DNA of 64,000 bases from an uncultured Verrucomicrobiae bacterium (GTDB taxonomy: Bacteria > Verrucomicrobiota > Verrucomicrobiia > Palsa-1439), in NCBI GenBank assembly GCA_963712025.1, contig CAVQGJ010000011.1:369562-433561 (forward strand), in the 5' to 3' direction. Made by a program: the position numbers and the translations under genes. Shown here one piece after another: positions 1 to 7,606 of this stretch. Under the pieces are notes generated by a model, which was not told the origin of the DNA, did not search any database, and saw only the letters and a list, made by a program, of their open reading frames with translations. Positions within the stretch are counted from its first letter, which is position 1. Each line of letters starts with the position of its first letter.

Positions 1-664
1 CGGTGGCGTAGGCGTACAGGCCGAACGATTCGTAGTCGCTGTGGCCGCCGATGAAGCCCGTGAACTCGTGCGCGCGCAATTCGCCTTCGAGCATCACGAC
101 CTCCCCTTCCCGGCTCTCGCGGAAGAATTCACGGTTGAGATCCTTGCCGGCCCCATTCTCGCGGGTCATGCGCTCGTAGCCGACGGGGTTGACGCACGGA
201 TAAATCGTGAGCGCGTAGTTGGATACGAGTTGTGCCGTGCGGGAAAACCGGCGGGCGGATTCCAAGGCGGCGAGAATGCCGTCGGGTTCGTCGCCGTGCA
301 CGCCCGCCACCAGACAGATCGGGACCTGCACGGCGTAGGGTGAAGGCGACAGACGGCTGACGAGTTTGAGGAGTTCGTGTCCCTTCCCCCCGAAGCTCAG
401 GGTGCCGATTCCGTGGACTTCAAACACATCGCCGGCGAGATTGCGAATATCGGCGACGAGTGAGGCGTAATTCTTCTGACGATTGGGGCCGAGACGGGCA
501 AATTCGGTTTGGACGGCTGGCGGAAAATCCTTAATCGAGAAGTTGAAACGATTGTCGGCGAACATCTTCACGACACGCCAGAATTCGTCGCGTTCCCCTT
601 CCCGGAGCATCAATTCGAGTTCGCGAACGACGATGCCGAATTGTTCTGGTGTGAGCGTTGTCAT
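1..664 (-). CDS. M14 family metallocarboxypeptidase (succinylglutamate desuccinylase/MpaA-like), 3' end beyond window edge
   Basis: Manual translation from ATG 664 (absent from the ORF track because it has no stop in the window): MTTLTPEQFG...LVAGVHGDEPDG (HxxE Zn motif)...PCVNPVGYERMTRENGAGKDLNREF...GGHSD. Confidence 0.85.
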   Translation of the reverse strand, partial: MTTLTPEQFGIVVRELELMLREGERDEFWRVVKMFADNRFNFSIKDFPPAVQTEFARLGPNRQKNYASLVADIRNLAGDVFEVHGIGTLSFGGKGHELLKLVSRLSPSPYAVQVPICLVAGVHGDEPDGILAALESARRFSRTAQLVSNYALTIYPCVNPVGYERMTRENGAGKDLNREFFRESREGEVVMLEGELRAHEFTGFIGGHSDYESFGLYAYAT

Positions 665-724
665 TGTCCACGCGCATCGTTGCCGGATGGTCTGCCGGGC
701 GCAAGCTCATTCCCATCCAGCAAA

Positions 725-753
725 TTGACGGAATCGCGGCGGTTTGATACCTT
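725..753 (+). promoter_or_regulatory. sigma70-type promoter for queE, probably leaderless
   Basis: TTGACG-17 nt-TACCTT, ending 6 nt before GTG 760. Confidence 0.55.
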
Positions 754-759
754 CGAAGC

Positions 760-1407
760 GTGGCCGATACCCTTGTCATCAACGAGATTTTTCACAGCAT
801 TCAGGGCGAGTCCTCGTATGCGGGGTTGCCGTGTGTGTTTGTGCGGTTGACGGCGTGCAACCTGCGCTGCACGTGGTGCGACACGACGTATTCGTTTCAC
901 GAAGGCGCGCCGATGAAACTCAGCGACGTGATCGTGAAGGTGCTCGAGTTCAACTGTCCGCTCGTCGAAATCACTGGCGGCGAGCCGCTCCTGCAGCCGA
1001 ATGTGTTTCCGTTGATGGCGCGATTGTGCGACCTGGGCAAACACGTATTGCTGGAGACGAGCGGGTCGGTCCACGTGTCGCAGGTCGATCCGCGCGTGAT
1101 CAAGATCATGGACCTGAAATGTCCCGGCAGCGGAGAGTGCGAGAAGAACCTCTACGACAACGTTCGCCATCTCGACAAGAAGGACGAAGTGAAGTTCGTC
1201 ATCGCCGACCGCGCGGACTACGACTGGGCGCGAGAGGTCATGGCCGAGCGGCAGTTATCGAACACGTGCACGGTCTTGTTCTCACCCGTCTGGGGCAAGC
1301 TGCCGCTCAAAACGCTTGCCGAATGGATCTTAGCCGATAAACTGCCCGTCCGCATGCAGACCCAGTGGCACAAACACATTTGGGGACCTGACACCCGAGG
1401 AGTCTAG
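760..1407 (+). CDS. queE: 7-carboxy-7-deazaguanine synthase QueE (radical SAM)
   Basis: INEIFHSIQGE, FVRLTACNLRCTWCDT (CxxxCxxC), ITGGEPLLQ, LETSG, C-terminal QWHKHIW. Confidence 0.9.
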   Translation: MADTLVINEIFHSIQGESSYAGLPCVFVRLTACNLRCTWCDTTYSFHEGAPMKLSDVIVKVLEFNCPLVEITGGEPLLQPNVFPLMARLCDLGKHVLLETSGSVHVSQVDPRVIKIMDLKCPGSGECEKNLYDNVRHLDKKDEVKFVIADRADYDWAREVMAERQLSNTCTVLFSPVWGKLPLKTLAEWILADKLPVRMQTQWHKHIWGPDTRGV

Positions 1408-1411
1408 CACC

Positions 1412-1684
1412 ATGTCGCTGCGCATCATCGTCAAGGCCGATCAAATCCGAAACTGGATCGAGGAACGCCGCGGCACGCCCGCGCGCCGGCGGAACACCGA
1501 CGCCGATGTCGCCGTGCTGTTCGGGGGCGACAACCCCGACTCCGCCAAGGCTACGTCGGGCAGGGCTGATTACGAAGCCGTCAGCGTCGATGACCTGTTG
1601 GAGGCGATGAGACTCAACCACCTCGTCCTGCTCGTCGACCAGGAGGCGGGCAACACCTTCCACCGGTTCATTCAACACGGCTAG
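1412..1684 (+). CDS. small hypothetical protein (IRxWxEERxGxPA family)
   Basis: 90-aa ORF starting 4 nt after the queE stop and ending 15 nt before the aminotransferase; co-oriented. Confidence 0.7.
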   Translation: MSLRIIVKADQIRNWIEERRGTPARRRNTDADVAVLFGGDNPDSAKATSGRADYEAVSVDDLLEAMRLNHLVLLVDQEAGNTFHRFIQHG

Positions 1685-1699
1685 AGTGGTGCCGTCGTT

Positions 1700-2929
1700 G
1701 TGAACGATTTGCTGCCATCGCGGAAGACCCGAATCCCCGGCCCGAGGTCGCGCGCGCTGTCCCGGCGGCTTCGCCGTTACGAATCCCGCAATATTACGTT
1801 TGTGTCCGAGCACTGGCCGATATTCTGGCAGCGCGCGTCCGGCGCAGACGTGTGGGATGTCGACGGCAATCGCTATATCGACCTGACGGCGGCGTTTGGC
1901 GTCGCCAGTGTCGGACACGGCAACCCGCGCGTCGTGGCCGCGCTCAAGGCGCAAGCGGGAAAGCTCTTGCACGCGATGGGCGACGTGCATCCGAATGAGC
2001 TGAAACTGAAGTTGGCGCGGGAGTTGGTGTCGTTGACCTTCTCGCGGTGGGACAAATCGGAAGCGCGTGTGGTGTTTGCCAATTCGGGCGCAGAAGCCGT
2101 GGAGGCGGCGCTCAAGACGGCAGCGATTCATACGAAACGGCCCGGGGTCATTGCCTTTGAGGGCGCGTACCATGGACTCACCTACGGCGCGCTGGATACG
2201 ACGTGGCGGGCGCACTTCCGTTCGCCATTCTCGGAGCAACTGGGCCATTTCACGGCGCATGTGCCGTTCGGTCGCGTGCCCAATGTGGCGAACATCGGGA
2301 ACTTCGGCGCGGTCATCGTCGAACCAATCCAGGGCCGCGGCGGCATCGTTGTACCGCCGGACGATTTCCTGCCAAAACTGCGCAAGTTCTGCGACGACCA
2401 CGGACTCGTGTTGATCGTTGACGAGATCTATTCGGGTTTCTGTCGCACGGGACGGTGGTTTGCGTGCGAACATTGGGGCGTGACACCCGACCTGGTGTGC
2501 GTGGGAAAGGCGATGGCGGGCGGGTTTCCGATTTCGGCGTGTATTGGGCGTGCGGACGTGATGGACAGTTGGCCCGAGTCGACTGGCGAGGCGATTCACA
2601 CCAGCACCTTTCTGGGCAACCCGCTCGGCTGCGCTGCGGCGCTCGCTTCGATCGGCGAAATGAAACGGATGAGGTTGGATGCGCGAAGCCGCGGGTTGGG
2701 CGGCTGGTTGGCGAAACGGCTGGCGAAGATCGGAAAAGTTCGCGGCAAGGGTCTGATGCTCGGTCTGGAGGTGGGCAATGCGGTCCCGCTCGTCGAGAAG
2801 CTGCTGCAGCGCGGCATCCTCGCACTGCCCGAAGGCGACCACAACGAAATCCTCGGCCTCACCCCTCCCCTCGTCATCTCGAAGAGGCAGTTGGACTTCG
2901 CTGTGAAGGAGCTGGCTCGCTTGCTTTGA
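1700..2929 (+). CDS. class III PLP-dependent aminotransferase (ArgD/GabT-like)
   Basis: DVDGNRYID, NSGAEAVEAALK, AFEGAYHG, VEPIQGRGG, IVDEIYSGFCRTG, PDLVCVGKAMAGG (PLP Lys), STFLGNP. Confidence 0.92.
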   Translation: MNDLLPSRKTRIPGPRSRALSRRLRRYESRNITFVSEHWPIFWQRASGADVWDVDGNRYIDLTAAFGVASVGHGNPRVVAALKAQAGKLLHAMGDVHPNELKLKLARELVSLTFSRWDKSEARVVFANSGAEAVEAALKTAAIHTKRPGVIAFEGAYHGLTYGALDTTWRAHFRSPFSEQLGHFTAHVPFGRVPNVANIGNFGAVIVEPIQGRGGIVVPPDDFLPKLRKFCDDHGLVLIVDEIYSGFCRTGRWFACEHWGVTPDLVCVGKAMAGGFPISACIGRADVMDSWPESTGEAIHTSTFLGNPLGCAAALASIGEMKRMRLDARSRGLGGWLAKRLAKIGKVRGKGLMLGLEVGNAVPLVEKLLQRGILALPEGDHNEILGLTPPLVISKRQLDFAVKELARLL

Positions 2930-4262
2930 GCTTTTGTTGACTCAGGTAAAACGCCAAATCGTCCTGTGGCTCGGTGGACTTGAAATAGATGTCCCCACCC
3001 TTGCGGTCGTCGCCGGGTTTGCGATACTTGAACTCGTGCCACGCTGCGTTGTCGTCTTTCAAATCGGAACCGACGCTCCACAGCACCCATTCCTTTCCCT
3101 CGCGTCGATAACGCAGTGGTTTGCCATCGAACGGGTCGATTGGTATTGATGGCAGTAAATCGGGTACAAGACCATTTAGCATGTCGGGAGGATGGCCGTG
3201 GACTTGCACAAAGCTTTGTATGGCACAAACGATCTCTGTCGCTTCAAAGTCCAAGCGGAACCGCATTTCCCTTGCATGAATTGTTTCCAAACCGGACAGG
3301 AGCATATCGGCCATGATAGTAGCGATTGGCTGATGAACGACAAGTTTCCATTTTGGGCCGTTGAATGGATCCCATTTGCGGACGACGGACTTAGGATCGC
3401 TTTGCCAGAACGGCTTATCAGCTTCGACGATCATGTCCCCGATTGTCGCGTCGAAGACCCGAGCCCCGTGTGGTCGTGGTAGCGCCCAATTCCCATTTGA
3501 CGCCACGATGCTATCGAAGTTTCTCTTGGCAAACCACAGTTCATACCGAAGGACTTCACTTGCGGGTTGTACGCCCGAGCCCATCTCATCCAGACGTGAA
3601 CGAGTACTTGCCGTGGTTGCGAGGGTGGCATGCTGCCGCAATAGCGCTGATCGGATGGCCTTCAGTCCCTGGGCATCAGCGGAGCCTGAAACGAGATAAC
3701 CCAGGGTTGTGCTGCCCTTTCCGCAATCGGTGCCAAGTTTTACGACGTCGAGATAATTGCTAATGGCTGTGTCCATTAGCTGTTCTTGTTCGGCCAGCTT
3801 GCCTTCGCAACAGAGGAGTCCCGCGAATTGTCGAATGTAAGTCCAAGAGTTGCTAAACGCGCCCTCCGAAAAGTCACATGGCATCTGGCAATTTCGCAAT
3901 GCGATGCCTCTGTTTACAATCTCGAGTATGTCGCCATAGTCTGTGATGGCTTGGTGAATCGCCGTGTCGCCGTTCGTCAACCCGCCATTGAGAAAGCCAT
4001 CTACTTCTTCCGTGCTTTGTCTAGGCAAATGCGCCGACTGCACCATTCTTATCGCCTTCGCGTAATAGTACGCCGCATTCTCAGGGGTGAGTTCCGTGAG
4101 TGTTAGAGGCTTCTTGAGGGTTTCGAGACGAACACCATTCGGCGGATGGGGATATGGTGGCAACCCCCAGATGAAACCGATATAGGAGATGATCCAAATG
4201 CCAGCGACCACTCCGCAGAACCACCAAGTGATGCGTTTGACAATCGGCCTCACGGGACGCAT
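2874..4262 (-). CDS. membrane-anchored hypothetical protein with C-terminal GspG/T2SG-like motif
   Basis: N-terminal TM (WWFCGVVAGIWIISYIGFIWG); C-terminal PDMLNGLVPDLLPSIPIDPFDGKPLRY...LWSVGSDLKDD; lower GC than neighbours; start chosen at ATG 4262. Confidence 0.75.
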   Translation of the reverse strand: MRPVRPIVKRITWWFCGVVAGIWIISYIGFIWGLPPYPHPPNGVRLETLKKPLTLTELTPENAAYYYAKAIRMVQSAHLPRQSTEEVDGFLNGGLTNGDTAIHQAITDYGDILEIVNRGIALRNCQMPCDFSEGAFSNSWTYIRQFAGLLCCEGKLAEQEQLMDTAISNYLDVVKLGTDCGKGSTTLGYLVSGSADAQGLKAIRSALLRQHATLATTASTRSRLDEMGSGVQPASEVLRYELWFAKRNFDSIVASNGNWALPRPHGARVFDATIGDMIVEADKPFWQSDPKSVVRKWDPFNGPKWKLVVHQPIATIMADMLLSGLETIHAREMRFRLDFEATEIVCAIQSFVQVHGHPPDMLNGLVPDLLPSIPIDPFDGKPLRYRREGKEWVLWSVGSDLKDDNAAWHEFKYRKPGDDRKGGDIYFKSTEPQDDLAFYLSQQKLKASEPAPSQRSPTASSR

Positions 4263-4311
4263 TATGCGATGGCTGTTGGCGGAAAACCAGCTTCTAAAGA
4301 CTTGATTTGGC

Positions 4312-5421
4312 ATGGACAAAACCGCTCTTGAACTTCAGCAACGCATCCTCGCGTTGATGGCGCGCGGCGTGGCGCCGGCGACGACGGATGAGGAGTTTGA
4401 TCGACTCGCCCGCGAGGTGTTCGCGTTGCAATACGAGCGGTGCGCGCCGTATCGCGCGTATTGCGACCGGGTAAAATTGACCCCGCAAACCGTGACACAT
4501 TGGAAGCAGATTCCCGCCGTGCCGACGAGCGCGTTCAAGGACTTTGCGCTGACGTGTTTCCCGGTCGGGGAAGCGGTCGCGGAATTTCACACGAGCGGGA
4601 CAACTCAGGAAAAGGCCGGGAAACATTATTTGCGGACGCTGGAATTGTACGAGGCGGCGATCCGTCCGAATTTCGCGGCGCATTTGGTTCCGGACAACGC
4701 GCGGTTGCCGATGATGATCCTGATGCCGTCGCCGCAAGAGGCGCCGCATTCCTCGCTCTCGCACATGATGGGGACCGTTGTCCGCGAGTTCGGCGCGAAG
4801 AACAGCGAGTTCTATGTGGAAGACGGCGTGCTGCACGTTGAGCGCGTGGTGCGCGACTTGTCCGACGCGCAAACTGCGCATCGGCCGGTCTTTCTGCTCG
4901 GGACCGCGTTCGCTTTTGTCCATCTGCTCGACCATCTGACCCGCCACAGGTTGAGATTTGAAATGGCCGAAGGCAGTCGGGTGATGGAGACGGGCGGGTT
5001 CAAGGGACGGTCGCGCGAGATGTCGAAAGCGGAGTTATACGGGCTGATCGAGCGGCACATCGGCATCCCGAAGACGCGTATCGTCAACGAATACGGCATG
5101 ACCGAGTTGAGCACGCAATTCTACGACGGCAGCCTGCGAGCGGGTCGCCAGACGGATGGCAAGGCGGCGCCGCCGTGGGCGCGGGTGGTCATTATCGACC
5201 CGAACACTGGCAGGGAGGCTGCTGAGAATGAGCGTGGTCTCATCCGCGTCTATGATTTGGCGAACTTGTGGAGTATCATGTGCATACAAACGGAGGATTT
5301 GGGGGTCGCGCGGGTCGCCGGCCCGGCATCGGGCACGAATTCATTTGAAGTCCTTGGGCGGGCGGCCGGCGCGGAAGTGCGCGGGTGCTCGTTGACGGCG
5401 GAAGATTTACGATTGGAATGA
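4312..5421 (+). CDS. luxE: LuxE-like acyl-protein synthetase
   Basis: IPAVPTSAFK, FHTSGTT (adenylation loop), VMETGGFKG, NEYGMTELSTQ, QTEDLG, C-terminal GRAAGAEVRGCSL containing the acyl-carrying Cys. Confidence 0.88.
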   Translation: MDKTALELQQRILALMARGVAPATTDEEFDRLAREVFALQYERCAPYRAYCDRVKLTPQTVTHWKQIPAVPTSAFKDFALTCFPVGEAVAEFHTSGTTQEKAGKHYLRTLELYEAAIRPNFAAHLVPDNARLPMMILMPSPQEAPHSSLSHMMGTVVREFGAKNSEFYVEDGVLHVERVVRDLSDAQTAHRPVFLLGTAFAFVHLLDHLTRHRLRFEMAEGSRVMETGGFKGRSREMSKAELYGLIERHIGIPKTRIVNEYGMTELSTQFYDGSLRAGRQTDGKAAPPWARVVIIDPNTGREAAENERGLIRVYDLANLWSIMCIQTEDLGVARVAGPASGTNSFEVLGRAAGAEVRGCSLTAEDLRLE

Positions 5422-6728
5422 GCGCAACCATTGAACAGATTCGCGAGGCGATCGGCCGGACGCGGGAGGCCCGCGAGCGGGTGTGGGCAGCATCGCACCA
5501 CCGACGCGGTGATCACGACGTTGGCGCAGGCCGCGAAGAACTGGCTCGACCCGAAGAGTCCGTGGCGGAAGCGCGCCGTGGAGCAGGCGACGACCCCGAC
5601 GGGTTTTTCCGAAGCGATGGTGAACGAGGCCATCGATCTCACGTTTGGCGCGATCACCTACGAGTCGCTGGGCGAATTGCTCGACCGCGAACTGGGCAAC
5701 CGCCGCGTGCTCGACGAGTTCTGCCTGCGCGGCCGCGTGCAAACGCGGGCCATGGCGCCCCGCCTGATCGTGCATTTCCTGGCGGGCAACGTTCCCATGC
5801 CCGGGATCGTGAGCATTTGCGGCGGGTTGCTGCTGCGCTCGGCCAACCTGGTGAAGATGTCCACGCGCGACCCCGTGTTCCCCGCCCTGTTTCTCGAATC
5901 GGTGCGCGAAGTGGACGCGGAACTGGCCGATTGCGCCGCGACGCTGGACTGGCCGCGGGGCGAACTGGCGTTGACGCAGGCGGCGGTGGGTGACGCAGAC
6001 GCGGTGATCGCGTACGGCGACGATCCTACGGTCTCGGCCTTGCGGCAACTGTCCCCGCCGACGGCGAAATTTGCCGGGTACGGCCACAAGATCAGCTTTG
6101 CGGTGGTGGCGAAAGAGGCGATGACCGAGGAGAACCTTCCCCGACTGGCGCAGGCGGCGGCGTTCGATGCGTCCGTGTACGACCAGCAAGGGTGTCTCTC
6201 GCCGCATGTGTTTTACGTGGAGGAACGCGGACAGTTTGGCCCGCGGAAATTTGCGGCGGCGCTGGCCGATGCGATGGCGGCGTATCAGGCGCGCGTGCCG
6301 CGCGGCCAGCTTTCCGTCGAGGAAGCGGCGCAGGTCGTGAAACTCCGGACCGGTTATGAATTTGCGCGCGGCGTCGGACCGGCGGATCTCGGCGTCTGGG
6401 TCGAGTCCCGACGCGGAAAGCGAGCTGGGCGGTGATTTACGACGACAGCCCCGCGTTCGTTGCGTCCTGCCTGAACCGGATCGTGTTTGTGAAGCCGACG
6501 GATGGATACAAGCGCGTGCTGGACGCGATCCAGAGATTCGCGTCGAGTATTTCGACGGTCGGCGTCGCGCCGATGAACGAGCGGGCGCTGGCGTTTGCGG
6601 GCGACCTGGCGCGGATGGGCGTGCACCGCGTCTGCCCGATTGGCCAGATGCAACGTCCCCCGCTCTCCTGGCACCATGACGGCAGGCCCAATCTGGCGGA
6701 TCTGGTCAGTTGGACCGATCTCGGGTGA
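5418..6728 (+). CDS. luxC: LuxC-like acyl-CoA/acyl-protein reductase (frameshifts near 5490 and 6360-6430, probable sequencing errors)
   Basis: ATGA overlap with luxE; HFLAGNVP, NLVKMS, AYGDD, GYGHKISF, YDQQGCLSPH (catalytic Cys), GVHRVCPIGQMQRPPLSWHHDG. Confidence 0.88.
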
Positions 6729-6790
6729 CCACCAGATTTCCACGAAGCGAAGAAGAAGTGGCCGACGCGTCCGGCGGTTGCCGCCGCACA

Positions 6791-7566
6791 TCAGTAGACG
6801 TCGGGATTGCCAGCATCCGCAAAAGGCCACCAGTGATATGGCACCTTGGGATTCCAGTCGCCGACGCTGACCCCCGATTGGTTCCACTGGATGGTGCCGA
6901 ACGGATCCGGTGCATCCCGGACATTGCCTGCCCTGCAGAAGTTGGTCAAGCGCAATCCAATCCGCATGACCATCCCCGAAGACGAAATTGCTGCCCCCAA
7001 AATGTCTCGTCACGGTGTCGTACTGACCGCTTGTCTCGGAGAAGTTGTCTTCCGGCTCCTCGCAGAAGAGAATCGTGTTGGTCGGACTCGTTGCTCGGTT
7101 GCGGCTAAATCCAGCGCGGGTATTCGCATACCGATGCCAGCACGTACTCATCGAATACATGAAATACGGATTTGCCGATGAGGGATTGACATTGATATTC
7201 GTCGCACTGGGGCAGGTCCAAATGCCTCTTCGTGACTGGCGTTGGCGGCGTGCCAGCCGTATACAATTGGCACAAGGGCTTCTGCCCAAGGTACGGAGGG
7301 ATAATATTATACCACGCGTTGGTGTTGAAGGTTGTGTCGCAGGGGTCTCCAGGGTAGCCCACGTATGGAAAGTAATCCCGATAGTCATTGGCGTACAACA
7401 TGAAGCCGAGTCCCCACTGGCGCATGTTGTTGAGGCAGGCGGCGGCCTGAAGTTGCTGCTTCGCGTCATTGGACACGGCCAGCAACATCGTTCCCAAGAG
7501 TGCAGCGACCGGGACGACCACCAGCAACTCGGTCAGCGTGAAGGCGCGTTTGGATCCATGTTTCAT
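6791..7566 (-). CDS. prepilin-type N-terminal cleavage/methylation + H-X9-DG domain protein (frameshifted)
   Basis: MKHGSKRAFTLTELLVV...CLNNMRQWGLGFMLYANDY; WTCPS; RHFGGSNFVFGDGHA in the adjacent frame. Confidence 0.8.
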
Positions 7567-7606
7567 CGTTCACCTGCTCCTCTGCTTGGACGATCCTGAT
7601 ACATCA

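Noticed and set aside
1307-2842. Long antisense ORFs (also 38540-39853, 59558-60793, 62673-63986 and others)
   Set aside because: Typical high-GC shadow frames opposite well-supported genes.
4312-6728. Bioluminescence (lux) operon
   Set aside because: No luxA/B/D in the window. LuxCE-like pairs are widespread in non-luminous bacteria, and the rib genes are 27 kb away in a housekeeping context.
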